Assembly: GCA_021772955.1 (NCBI GenBank)
Contig: JAJFKZ010000090.1
Location: 1 to 59,099, forward strand
Source of the DNA: Gammaproteobacteria bacterium
Lineage (GTDB): Bacteria > Pseudomonadota > Gammaproteobacteria > Xanthomonadales > Wenzhouxiangellaceae
DNA: 59,099 nucleotides
Direction of reading: 5' to 3'
The position numbers and the translations under genes are program-made. The notes beneath the pieces are model-generated. The model saw nothing but the letters and a program-made list of their open reading frames with translations, was not told the origin of the DNA and searched no databases. Shown here piece by piece: positions 26,992-36,516 of the stretch (the stretch's first letter is position 1; each line of letters starts with the position of its first letter).

Positions 26992-27525
26992 TCAGTCGAT
27001 CAGTCGCAGTTGACCGTTGCTATCGGCCAACAGGCTGGCGCGAAGCTTGCCACTGCCCAACTGCAGCGTAAACGGTGTCATCTGGCTGGATGCATGGCAA
27101 CGCAACTGCGGCTGATCGACATCCAGTCTGGCTGGCTGTCCCTGTAGCAGCAGATCAATCGCCACATCACCGTGCCACTGTACCGCCGCAAACTGGCCGC
27201 TATCGGCCTCGCGCCAGCTGATGTTGTCACCGCGATAGTCGGGTAGCCAGAAATCATAGCCTGTGCGGGTGATGCGCAGCGCCAGATCGCGGTTCTGAAA
27301 GACCGCCTGCTCGCACCAGCTGGCCATCGAGGTGGCCAGTTGGTCCAGCTGTTGTGACGGTGGCGGAGCGCCAAAGCTCCCGACCCTGACCATGATCAGA
27401 CCGCTGAGAATGCCGACAATGACCAGCACCACGAGGATTTCGACCAGCGTATAGCCGCGTTGCCGGGCCTGGGCCTTAACCTGGGCCTGGGCCGACTTAA
27501 CGGTTCCAGTTGCCGATATCGGCAT
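26992..27525 (-). CDS. gspH: Type II secretion minor pseudopilin H
   Basis: Prepilin-type motif QRGYTLVEILVVLVIVGIL. The start is uncertain: ATG 27525 (chosen) or 27585, and both overlap the 3' end of gspG. In-frame Val codons nearer the motif are GTT, which is not a start codon. Confidence 0.7.
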   Translation of the reverse strand: MPISATGTVKSAQAQVKAQARQRGYTLVEILVVLVIVGILSGLIMVRVGSFGAPPPSQQLDQLATSMASWCEQAVFQNRDLALRITRTGYDFWLPDYRGDNISWREADSGQFAAVQWHGDVAIDLLLQGQPARLDVDQPQLRCHASSQMTPFTLQLGSGKLRASLLADSNGQLRLID

Positions 27526-27934
27526 TGATGCCCTCGCCGCCGAGAGTCTGGTCGGCGCCCAGTGAATAGACGTCGATTTCGGCATGTATACCGGGGTTCA
27601 GGTATTGATACTCACCGTCCCAGGGATCACGCGGCAGGCGGTCAACGTAACCACCTGCTTTCCAGTTGCGCGCTTCCGGTTGCCCGGCGGGACGCTGTAC
27701 CAGTGCTTGCAGCCCCTGCTCGGTACTGGGGTACTGATTGTTATCCAGGCGATACATGTTCAGAGCCGTCATCAAGGCCTGAACATCGGTACTGGCCTTG
27801 ACCACCTTGGCACGATCCGGTTGATCCATGACTCTGGGTACGACCACCGCAGCCAGAATTCCAAGGATGACCACGACCACCAGGACCTCGACCAGGGTAA
27901 ATCCCGATAGCTGATGTTTTGCTGTTTTGTGCAT
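27497..27934 (-). CDS. gspG: Type II secretion major pseudopilin G
   Basis: ATG at 27934 gives MHKTAKHQLSGFTLVEVLVVVVILGILAAVVVPRVM...DPWG.EY, a canonical 145-aa GspG. The 120 codons upstream in the ORF track are rejected. Confidence 0.9.
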   Translation of the reverse strand: MHKTAKHQLSGFTLVEVLVVVVILGILAAVVVPRVMDQPDRAKVVKASTDVQALMTALNMYRLDNNQYPSTEQGLQALVQRPAGQPEARNWKAGGYVDRLPRDPWDGEYQYLNPGIHAEIDVYSLGADQTLGGEGINADIGNWNR

Positions 27935-28028
27935 AGCTTCACTCGACTGATTGATGCGCCTGGCAGCCGGCCGGACTTGACCCTGATCTACTGCGGAAAA
28001 GCCACCCATGGCTATTGTTATGGGTGCC

Positions 28029-28088
28029 GATTTTTCGATCTCTTTATTCAAACAGGCCTGCTGTTGGCCGCAAAAAAGATCGAAAAAT
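28029..28088. promoter_or_regulatory. 12-bp perfect inverted repeat in the gspG/bioA divergent region
   Basis: atttttcgatct (within 28029-28041) and agatcgaaaaat (28077-28088) are separated by about 35 nt. This could be an operator or an RNA stem, and the function is unknown. Confidence 0.35.
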
Positions 28089-28211
28089 TCGTCTCCAACT
28101 GACTTTCCCACGCTACGACCGGTCAAGTCCGACCGGCTGCAGGCGCGGTTCACTTGGCAGGCCTTGCGCTGCTGTGTATGCTTGCATGATAGCAAAATTT
28201 GCAGCCTCACC

Positions 28212-29585
28212 ATGCACCAGACCAGACCAGATACAGCAGATGATGTGAATAGCCTGCAGCAGCGTGATTTACGCCATCTCTGGCATCCCTGCACGCAGAT
28301 GCAGGATCATGAGTGGCTGCCGTTGCTGGAAGTTGCTAGCGCGCAAGGCGTGTGGCTGCATGATTATCAGGGGCGCCGTTATCTCGATGCGGTGAGTTCG
28401 TGGTGGGTGAATATATTTGGCCATTGCAACGCCCACATCAACGCTGCCATCAAGGCGCAATTGGAGCAGCTGGAACACGTCATGCTGGCTGGTTGCAGTC
28501 ATGCTCCGGCGGTGGAGCTGGCCGAGCAACTGGTGGCGATCACACCGGCAGCACTGCAGCGCGTGTTTTATGCTGACAATGGCTCGTCGGCCATCGAGGT
28601 GGCGCTGAAAATGAGCTATCACTACTGGCTGCATCAAGGCCGCCAGCGCAGCCGTTTTGTGGCCTTGTCCAACAGCTATCATGGTGAGACGCTGGGCGCG
28701 CTGGCGGTCGGTGATGTTGGCCTGTATCGGGATTTGTACGCGCCCTTGCTGATGCAGCCTTTGATCGCACCCAGTCCGGACGATTATCTGCGCCCGCCGG
28801 AGCTGGATCGTCAAACCCATGTGCGGCAATGCTTTACCAAAATGGAAGCGCTGCTGCGCGAGCATGTTGATGAGGTGGCGGCGGTGATTGTCGAGCCACT
28901 GGTGCAATGCGCTGGCGGTATGCGCATGTATGACCCACTGTATCTGCGGCTATTGCGGGAGCTGTGCGACGAGTTGCAGGTGCATTTGATCGCCGATGAA
29001 ATCGCCACTGGCTTTGGCCGCACCGGCACCATGTTTGCCTGCGAGCAGGCCGGTATCACGCCGGATTTCATGTGTCTGTCCAAGGCCCTGACCGGTGGTT
29101 ACCTGCCGTTGTCAGCGGTGCTGACCAACGAGCAGGTGTATCAGGCCTTTTATGCCGACTATGCGGCGCTGAAGGCGTTTCTGCATTCACACAGTTATAC
29201 CGGCAACGCGCTGGCCTGTGCTGCGGCACTGGCCACGCTGGAGCTGTTTCGCAGCACGGATGTACTGGGCGAGAACCGTGACAAGGCGGCCCGGATTCTC
29301 GCTGGTGTGGAAGCCTTGCGCGATCATCCACAGGTCGGCGATGTGCGCCAGACCGGTATGATTACTGCGGTTGAAATGGTTGCCAGAAAATCCGGCAAGC
29401 AGCCCTATCCCTGGCAGCAGCGACGCGGATTGCGCGTCTATCAATATGGTCTGCAGCACGAAATGTTTTTGCGCCCGTTGGGCAATGTGGTGTACATGAT
29501 GCCTCCGTATGTCATCAATGCTGATGAAATTGATCGCATGACAGCAGTGGTACGTGCTGGCGTGCACCTGGCGACCGGGGACTAA
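28212..29585 (+). CDS. bioA: Adenosylmethionine-8-amino-7-oxononanoate aminotransferase
   Basis: ATG at 28212. HLWHPCTQM, WWVNIFGH, LIADEIATGFGRTG and CLSKALTGGYLPLS (PLP-Lys) are the BioA class-III aminotransferase signature. Confidence 0.9.
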   Translation: MHQTRPDTADDVNSLQQRDLRHLWHPCTQMQDHEWLPLLEVASAQGVWLHDYQGRRYLDAVSSWWVNIFGHCNAHINAAIKAQLEQLEHVMLAGCSHAPAVELAEQLVAITPAALQRVFYADNGSSAIEVALKMSYHYWLHQGRQRSRFVALSNSYHGETLGALAVGDVGLYRDLYAPLLMQPLIAPSPDDYLRPPELDRQTHVRQCFTKMEALLREHVDEVAAVIVEPLVQCAGGMRMYDPLYLRLLRELCDELQVHLIADEIATGFGRTGTMFACEQAGITPDFMCLSKALTGGYLPLSAVLTNEQVYQAFYADYAALKAFLHSHSYTGNALACAAALATLELFRSTDVLGENRDKAARILAGVEALRDHPQVGDVRQTGMITAVEMVARKSGKQPYPWQQRRGLRVYQYGLQHEMFLRPLGNVVYMMPPYVINADEIDRMTAVVRAGVHLATGD

Positions 29586-29592
29586 CCTGACT

Positions 29593-30342
29593 GTGCGGTG
29601 TGTGCGAGCCTATCAGGATGCGCCGCTGCAGGTTGGCAGCAAGCTGCTGCTGGATGCACGTGTCAGCCACCACTGGCTGCATGTGTTGCGCTTGCAGGCC
29701 GGTCATGCCGTCAGCCTGTTCAATGGCGATGGTTACGATTACCAGGGTGAATTGCAGTTGGACAAGCACAGCAGCAACAAGCGCAGTGCCAGCGTGTTGC
29801 TGCAACAGCAGCATCAGGTCAGCGCCGATGCGCTGCCTCGGGTGCGTCTGTTTCAGGGGCTGTCGCGCGCCGAGCGCATGGACTGGGTCATGCAAAAAGC
29901 CACCGAACTGGGCGTAGACGCTATTGTGCCGCTACAGTGTCAACACAGCCAGTTGCAGCTGCGCGGGTCACGTTTGGAAAAGCGTATGCAGCATTGGCAG
30001 CAGGTCATCATCAGTGCCTGCGAACAATCCGGAAGAGCCTGTTTGCCGCAGTTGCAGGCGCCGCTGGCGCCAGCGGATTTGCTGGAGAATTCTGGCCCTG
30101 GCCGGTTGCAGCTGGTGCTGCATCCCTATGTCGCTGAGCCGCTGCACCGGTTATTGACGATGGCGGGTCAACCGTTGCTGGAGGTGGATCTTTGCATCGG
30201 CCCGGAGGGCGGTTTCAGCGCGCTCGAGTTACAGCAGCTGCAGCGCCTGGGATTTGTCACTGCCGCGTTGGGCCAGACTATCCTGCGCACCGAAACAGCC
30301 GCTGTGGCGGCCCTGGCATTACTCAAGTTGAGTGGCTACTGA
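29593..30342 (+). CDS. rsmE: 16S rRNA (uracil1498-N3)-methyltransferase
   Basis: A GTG at 29593, just after the bioA stop, gives (M)RCVRAYQDAPL, typical of the RsmE N-terminus. The C-terminal motif is IGPEGGFSALE...LGQTILRTETAAVAAL. Confidence 0.8.
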   Translation: MRCVRAYQDAPLQVGSKLLLDARVSHHWLHVLRLQAGHAVSLFNGDGYDYQGELQLDKHSSNKRSASVLLQQQHQVSADALPRVRLFQGLSRAERMDWVMQKATELGVDAIVPLQCQHSQLQLRGSRLEKRMQHWQQVIISACEQSGRACLPQLQAPLAPADLLENSGPGRLQLVLHPYVAEPLHRLLTMAGQPLLEVDLCIGPEGGFSALELQQLQRLGFVTAALGQTILRTETAAVAALALLKLSGY

Positions 30343-30818
30343 TGGCTCTGCAGATGGCGGCTGATGTAGCCGGCCAGTTCTGGCAGGGCGAGCAGATCCA
30401 CCAGCCGGTCCTCCCAGTGGACTCTGGCCAGTATGCATTCGTTGCTGGAGTCTTGCTTATCGGCAAACGGGTCGTTGTCAATTTGTTTCAGGTCATCTGC
30501 GGTAATGCTCACCAGTCGTGGAAAGCCCTGACTGATGATGGCGAAATAGGGCATGCCAGTTTGTGGTTGCAGATTCTTGATGATGGCGATGCGGGCATTG
30601 TCCACCGGCTCGCTGACGTCCGGACTCAGTATGCCGGACCAGCTGACCACCGGCAGATACCAGCCTTGCCAGTTGAGCATGCCCAGCAACCAGGCTGGCC
30701 CCGTGGGCAATGGCGCAGGCTGGCTGTAACTGATCATCGAGGCGACCGCCGTGTTGGGTATCAGCACATGGCCGTGACTGACCGGTAGCATGACGCAGTT
30801 GACGAGTGCTTTGTTCAT
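30336..30818 (-). CDS. CheW-like coupling protein (ChpC-like by position)
   Basis: 160 aa with a single CheW-like domain (LLGMLNWQGWYLPVVSW...IAIIK). The start overlaps the chpA stop by 4 nt. The 3' end overlaps the convergent rsmE by 7 nt. Confidence 0.7.
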   Translation of the reverse strand: MNKALVNCVMLPVSHGHVLIPNTAVASMISYSQPAPLPTGPAWLLGMLNWQGWYLPVVSWSGILSPDVSEPVDNARIAIIKNLQPQTGMPYFAIISQGFPRLVSITADDLKQIDNDPFADKQDSSNECILARVHWEDRLVDLLALPELAGYISRHLQSHQ

Positions 30819-33800
30819 GCCTGCTCCTCGGCGATCTGGTCATACACTGAGGCCAGCAGTTGATCCACTTTCAGCATCAGATCTTTTTCTCCGTAGGGTT
30901 TACCGATAAAGTCGGTGGCGCCCAATTCGCGTGCCCGCAGCTGATGCTTGTCGCCACTGCGCGATGACACGATGATGATCGGAATGTCCTTGAGTTGATT
31001 GTCACTGGCGCGCATGTAGGCGGTCAACTCAAATCCGTCCATGCGTGGCATCTCGATGTCCAGCAGCAGCAGGTCGGGAATTTCTTCGCGCATGACTTCG
31101 ATGGCTTCCAGGCCATCGCGCGCAGTACGTACCTCGATTTGATGCTGTTCCAGTACCCGGGATGAAATTTTGCGCATGGTGATGGAGTCATCGACAATCA
31201 GCACCAGCGGTTGTTTGCGCCTGGTTTCGACGCTGGCTGTGGTTTCCAGATTCTGCAAACGGCCGGTGTTGACGCGGGCACTGACCAGCGCGCCCGGCTC
31301 CAGAATCAGAATCACTTCACCTTCGCGACTGATGGAGCCGGCCAGAATGCCGGGAATACTGGTCAGTTGCGGCCCCAGCGGTTTGACCACCAGTTCCTGA
31401 TGGCTGCTGAATGCGGTGACACGAATCGCTGCACGCTGGCCTGCTGATTCGATCACCAGAATGGTGACCAAAGCCTCGGTCACCGGTGTTTGCTTCAATT
31501 CGAGCAGGGATTCCAGATCAAAAATCGGGTTGTCGGCATTGGCATAGGGCATGAAGCCCTGGTCCACGAAGTCGCGGTATTCTTCGGCCGGTATCTTGGT
31601 GACGCCGAGGATATTAACAACCGGTATGGCAAACAGCCGCTCATCACATTGCACCAGCAATGCTTGCATCACCGCCAACGACAGTGGAATGCGGATCTGA
31701 AACTGCATGCCCTGTCCGGGCTGTGATTGCCATTGCAACGTGCCGCCGATCTGACGCACAGTGTTTTGTACTACGTCCAGACCCACGCCGCGCCCGGCCA
31801 GCTCCGACAGCTCGGCGGCAGTGGAGAAACCGGGCATGAAAATCAGTTGGGCTGTTTCACGCTCATCCGGTTCAGCATCGGCTGCGATCAGCCCCTTGTC
31901 ACGGGCGCGCTCGAGAATGCTTTGCATATCCAGCCCGCGACCATCATCACGCACGCGAATGATCAGCTCGGCGGCTTCACGGAATACACTGATCGTAATC
32001 TGGCCGGATTCCGGTTTATCCAGCTTTTGTCGAGTAGGGCGGTCTTCTATGCCATGCACCAGTGCATTGCGCAACAGATGCTCCAGCGGACCGGTGATGC
32101 GTTCCAGCGCACTGCGATCCAGTTCACCACCAGCCTGGATATCCAGACTGAGTTCGGCCGGTTTGTCGAGTTCGGTGGAGGAGCGTCTGACCACCTGCCG
32201 CAGACGTGGAGCGATATTGGCAAACGGTACCATGCGGGTCTGCAGCAGTCCATCCTGCAGCTCGGCATTGGCACGCGCCTGCTGGGCCAGCAGCGATTCG
32301 GAATGTTGTGAGGTGTTATCGATGGTTTCCTGCAGGTTCATCATGTCATTGGCGCTTTCTGCCAAGGCCCGCGATAGCTGCTGTATGGTGGAGTAGCGAT
32401 CCAGCTCCAGTGGGTCAAAATCGGTGGCGGTCGTTTTCTCGTGCTGGTGGCGGGAAAGGATCTGCGCTTCGGTTTCCAGTTCCAGTTTGCGCAGCTGGTC
32501 GCGGAGGCGCTCGATGGTTTGACCCATTTCGTTGATGCCACCGCGCAACTTGCCGGTTTCTTGTTCCAGATGGGCGCGGAAAATGCCCACTTCTCCAGCG
32601 ATATTACTGAGTTGATCAATCAGCCCAGAATCCACCCGCAGGCTGCTGCGGCTGGTAATGATGGCTTTTTTAGTCGTGCTGTCTGCGGGGCTTGGCGCTG
32701 GCTTCTGCTTGCTTTTGGCAGCTGCTGCCGCACGCTTTGCAGTCGGCGCAGCAGGTGATGCGCTGGGCCGGTCAGTTGGCTCGAGTTCGAGCTCAGGGTC
32801 CATGGGTGGCATTACCAGGGCGCTGAAAGCGCTCAGATCCGGTGTCGGCATGGCAGCACGCACCGCCACGGCACCCAGCATTTCATGCAGCTGGTCGATG
32901 GATGACTCCACGGACTGCAGCTCGGATTGTTGCATGTCAGCCAGCGGCTGGCTTTCCAGGTAGGACTCCAGTGCGTGGCCAAGTTGCCCGATTGCTGTCA
33001 GGCCAGCCATGTTGGCGGCGCCTTTCATGGTATGCAGGCTGCGCCGCAAATCAGCTACTGCATCCAGTTCACCTTCGTCCAGCCAGCGTCTGACGGCGTT
33101 GTCCATGGCATCCATGCCATTGGCAGCCTCGTCCAGGAAGATCTCCAAAATACTTTCGTCAAGTCCAGCGTAGTCGTCTGTAGCCTGTGCTGCGGCACTA
33201 ACATCGTCATTTTGCTCATCATCGGCTTGGTCGTGCGTGGCATGTTCTTGCCCCGTGTCGATCCAGCTGTCTGTGGCTGCGCTGTCTGTCGCAAAGGGGT
33301 CATCGGGCATGTCAAAGGTGGACTTGGCAAGTATGGGTTTGCCAGCTTGAGTGTCAGCGTCTTCAGGTTCAGTCTCCAACGCATTTGTCAGAGCATCTGA
33401 TTGTTCTTCGGACTGCAGTTCTGTTGGTTCTTCTGTCAGGTCTTCTTTTGGTTCTTCTGTTAGCTCTTCTGCTGGTTGTGGTTTGTCGACGGACTGCGCC
33501 GGATGTCCAGCACCTGCGTCAGCACTGGGGGCTTTGGCCGCGGGCTGTTGCGGCTTGCGCCGTTGCAGTTGCTCGGACAATGACTGCCATTCTGCGGTAC
33601 TGGAATCGGCCTGTGCTTCGGTCTGATCAATGTACTGGTGCACCAGTGCTGACAACTTGGCCAGGATGGCCTGACCTTTGCGATTGACTTTATTGTCCTG
33701 GTCGCGCAATCCGCGCAGCCAGCCCTCTATGTCGTGAACCACCTTGTGTTCATCAGCAATCGGTTGCAGTGCCAGGGTGCCTGAGATGGTGTGCACCGAA

Positions 33801-36400
33801 CGAATCAACTCGCCATCTGGAACGGCTGCGTGCTGCTGCTGACACTGCAGCAGAAATTCGTCCACGGTACTGACGTGGGCTTGCAGTTCCTCATTGATAA
33901 TCGAGGTGAATTGCTCCTGTTCATCTTCTTCTGCAGCAGCGACAGCGGCCATTTGTTCAGCTTGCGATGGTTGCTCAGCGTGTTGCAAAGACTCATCAGC
34001 TGGCACCTGTTCAGCGTCGACTTGCTGCGCAGCAGTGGCCTGATCTGCTTCGCTGCTGCTGGCTTGAGTCTCGATCAGGGGTTGTCCAGCCAGTGCCATG
34101 CATTGCCTGATCAGTGCGTGCGTGGTGTCAGTACAAATGTCGTGGCCGCCGTGCAAGGCCTGATGCATTGCATGCATGTGCTGCATCACCTCTGGCAGCA
34201 CCGGGACGATTGCTGTGGGTTCGAGCTGCTGATCTCGCACAGCATTGAGCATGGTTTCCACCGCATAGGCGTAATCGCCGGTTGACATGGCGCCGACCAT
34301 GCGTGCACTGCCTTTGAAGGTGTGGAAACAGCGCCGAATATGCACCAGCGTGTCATCTGTTGCGGGTGCACTGATGAACTCGCTGACACTCTGGTCCAGA
34401 CCATCCATCAGCTCATCCAGTTCCTGCAGGAAGATTTGCTGTAACTCGGGATCGGACTCCCAGCGCTGCTCACCCAATGCGGGCAGCGGTGACCGTGTAG
34501 CGCCTGCGGCAGCAGGGCTTGTTGGCGTGCTGTCCAGTTTGACTGTTGTTTCCGCAGCAGTAGTCTTGCCAGCCCCTGCATTGCTATCCAGGTCATCAAT
34601 GGGCAAGTCCTCGTCCGCAGTTGGTGCGGCCGCAGTGGTCTGGTCTGCAACAGCAGCCAGTGTGGTCGGCTCGGCTGCGGGCATTTGTTCAGCATAGGCC
34701 AGCACGGCGTCGCTCATCTGTTGGTTTCTGGCGTGATCGGCTACGCTGATCAGATAGCGCTCCAGCGCCGCGAGCATGGCCGCGAAATCCTGTAGCTGTG
34801 GCTGCTCCTGGATAGTTTTGGAATCCCAGTCCAGTTGTTGCAGCAACATCACACCTCGGCGCAGAGCGAGCGCCAATGGCAACTCATTGATCATGTGCAA
34901 AATGCCGCTGACCTGCTGCAATTGTTGTTGTGGTTGTTCGGCTTGGGCCGCACCGCTTTCGCCTGCACTGGCCTTGCGCAGCAGTGCATCCATTTGCTGT
35001 TGGGCATGGTCGAGCAGCTTGATGGCCTGACTGATGACTTCGGTCATGCCGGTGCCATAGATATTGTCACTGGCGTGACCACTGTTGAGATCGCCGCTAT
35101 TGACCAGCAGTCGGGATTCAAAATCCAGCAGGGTGGAGGCCAACTGATTCAATGCAGTTTGTGCTTGCTGCTGATTTTGCATCAAATCGGGTGCATGTTG
35201 CCGTAATCGTCCAGCGATTTCGGTGAACCCAATGACTTGTAGTGATCCAGCCATGCGCAGGATGCTGTCATGCAGTGACTGGGCCAGCTGTGCGTCCTTG
35301 CCACTGTTGTCGGTCGCAGTAGCAGCTGCATCGACCGGTACAGCGTTGAATCGTAATTGTAATCGTTCGACCAGGTTTTTCAGTTCATCCAGTTCGCTGT
35401 GAATGGCGCTGGCCACGGCTTCATTGAGTGCGCGGTTCTTGCCTTTCAGGCTGGCCCTGGCCGCATCCAGCGATTGCTGATCGATCAATGGGGCAAGCTG
35501 ATAATGTTCACGAATGTCCAGTACGCGCTCATCGGCAGGCTCACAACTGGCCAGAAAGTAGAGCATGGCACGGGACAGGTCATCGGCTGCGGTGGTTTCG
35601 TCAGCGTCTGTGGTTTTGCCCTGCAGGGATAGCAGCACATCCAGTCGCGCCAGCAATCGACCAATGTCAATATCGTTGTTGCGACAGCCTTGTTGAGCTG
35701 CACGAATGACCTCGGCAGTCAGCTGACAGGTCAGCGCGAGATCATTGGGCAGTAGCTCGGAGTTTGCCAGTGCCAGGGCGACGCCAGTCAGTTTGTCCGC
35801 GGCCGGCTGTTGCGATTTACCGGATTTTGTCTGGTAGTGCTGTAGCCAGTCTCGCAAAGCTCGTTGCCATTTGCCGTGCAGCTTGTCCGGGGTCCCCGCA
35901 GGCAGCTTGCTGTCGCTGGCAATCGGCAAGCCGGGACGATCAAGCAGTGGAAAAAACAATTGGCCTTCGTGCATCAGTTCGGCATGACGTGCCTCGCGCA
36001 ATCGATTGACATGCCGAGTCAGCACCAGGGTCTGGTCAAGCCGGTTGATGCTGACGTAATCCAGGTAATCTTGCAGGGTCAGCTGAGCTTCCTGCAACAA
36101 TTGCAGGTGCTGGGCGGAAACCTGTGGTTGATCATCGCCGTACAAATGATCGCCCAGAGCGAGGATTTCTGTGGCCAGGATCGCTGCGCCATTGACTCGG
36201 GCCATACGCAGGGTGGCCTGAATCTGTCGCAGCAGTGACTGGCACTCATGCCAGGTGGCCAGAGCAGCTTCTGCATCAGTGTCAAGTTTGCTGTCCGACC
36301 ATAGTTCCAGTCGACGCATGCGTTCGTTGACAGCTTTCAGCAATTCGCCCAGAGGCTCTCGAATCCAGTTTAGCTGCACGATTCCATTCGCAGAGGTCAT
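30815..36400 (-). CDS. chpA: ChpA/PilL-type hybrid histidine kinase (multi-Hpt CheA homologue with C-terminal receiver)
   Basis: 1861 aa. His-containing Hpt signatures are FHTFKGSARMVG, VHTISGTLAL and LHTMKGAANMAG, with degenerate Xpt-like repeats N-terminal to them. HATPase motifs HLLRNALVHGIE, DDGRGLD and GRGVGLDVV. A CheW domain is followed by the receiver LIVDDS...LLLDIEMPRMDG. SD GGGAGA upstream. Confidence 0.9.
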   Translation of the reverse strand: MTSANGIVQLNWIREPLGELLKAVNERMRRLELWSDSKLDTDAEAALATWHECQSLLRQIQATLRMARVNGAAILATEILALGDHLYGDDQPQVSAQHLQLLQEAQLTLQDYLDYVSINRLDQTLVLTRHVNRLREARHAELMHEGQLFFPLLDRPGLPIASDSKLPAGTPDKLHGKWQRALRDWLQHYQTKSGKSQQPAADKLTGVALALANSELLPNDLALTCQLTAEVIRAAQQGCRNNDIDIGRLLARLDVLLSLQGKTTDADETTAADDLSRAMLYFLASCEPADERVLDIREHYQLAPLIDQQSLDAARASLKGKNRALNEAVASAIHSELDELKNLVERLQLRFNAVPVDAAATATDNSGKDAQLAQSLHDSILRMAGSLQVIGFTEIAGRLRQHAPDLMQNQQQAQTALNQLASTLLDFESRLLVNSGDLNSGHASDNIYGTGMTEVISQAIKLLDHAQQQMDALLRKASAGESGAAQAEQPQQQLQQVSGILHMINELPLALALRRGVMLLQQLDWDSKTIQEQPQLQDFAAMLAALERYLISVADHARNQQMSDAVLAYAEQMPAAEPTTLAAVADQTTAAAPTADEDLPIDDLDSNAGAGKTTAAETTVKLDSTPTSPAAAGATRSPLPALGEQRWESDPELQQIFLQELDELMDGLDQSVSEFISAPATDDTLVHIRRCFHTFKGSARMVGAMSTGDYAYAVETMLNAVRDQQLEPTAIVPVLPEVMQHMHAMHQALHGGHDICTDTTHALIRQCMALAGQPLIETQASSSEADQATAAQQVDAEQVPADESLQHAEQPSQAEQMAAVAAAEEDEQEQFTSIINEELQAHVSTVDEFLLQCQQQHAAVPDGELIRSVHTISGTLALQPIADEHKVVHDIEGWLRGLRDQDNKVNRKGQAILAKLSALVHQYIDQTEAQADSSTAEWQSLSEQLQRRKPQQPAAKAPSADAGAGHPAQSVDKPQPAEELTEEPKEDLTEEPTELQSEEQSDALTNALETEPEDADTQAGKPILAKSTFDMPDDPFATDSAATDSWIDTGQEHATHDQADDEQNDDVSAAAQATDDYAGLDESILEIFLDEAANGMDAMDNAVRRWLDEGELDAVADLRRSLHTMKGAANMAGLTAIGQLGHALESYLESQPLADMQQSELQSVESSIDQLHEMLGAVAVRAAMPTPDLSAFSALVMPPMDPELELEPTDRPSASPAAPTAKRAAAAAKSKQKPAPSPADSTTKKAIITSRSSLRVDSGLIDQLSNIAGEVGIFRAHLEQETGKLRGGINEMGQTIERLRDQLRKLELETEAQILSRHQHEKTTATDFDPLELDRYSTIQQLSRALAESANDMMNLQETIDNTSQHSESLLAQQARANAELQDGLLQTRMVPFANIAPRLRQVVRRSSTELDKPAELSLDIQAGGELDRSALERITGPLEHLLRNALVHGIEDRPTRQKLDKPESGQITISVFREAAELIIRVRDDGRGLDMQSILERARDKGLIAADAEPDERETAQLIFMPGFSTAAELSELAGRGVGLDVVQNTVRQIGGTLQWQSQPGQGMQFQIRIPLSLAVMQALLVQCDERLFAIPVVNILGVTKIPAEEYRDFVDQGFMPYANADNPIFDLESLLELKQTPVTEALVTILVIESAGQRAAIRVTAFSSHQELVVKPLGPQLTSIPGILAGSISREGEVILILEPGALVSARVNTGRLQNLETTASVETRRKQPLVLIVDDSITMRKISSRVLEQHQIEVRTARDGLEAIEVMREEIPDLLLLDIEMPRMDGFELTAYMRASDNQLKDIPIIIVSSRSGDKHQLRARELGATDFIGKPYGEKDLMLKVDQLLASVYDQIAEEQA

Positions 36401-36516
36401 GCTGATTTTCTCCCTAAATCAGTTCGCTGCAATAATCCAAACGCCGCGTGTGCAGCGTGCATGATGGTTACAGCAGATATCATTCCGGCCACTCTAATTG
36501 CATGCCTGCGTGAGGC

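Noticed and set aside
27935-28294. N-terminal extensions of gspG (to 28294) and of bioA (28008-28211)
   Set aside because: Both extensions cross the shared divergent promoter region on opposite strands. The canonical N-termini (MHKTAKHQLSGFTLVE for GspG, ...HLWHP for BioA) start at internal ATGs.
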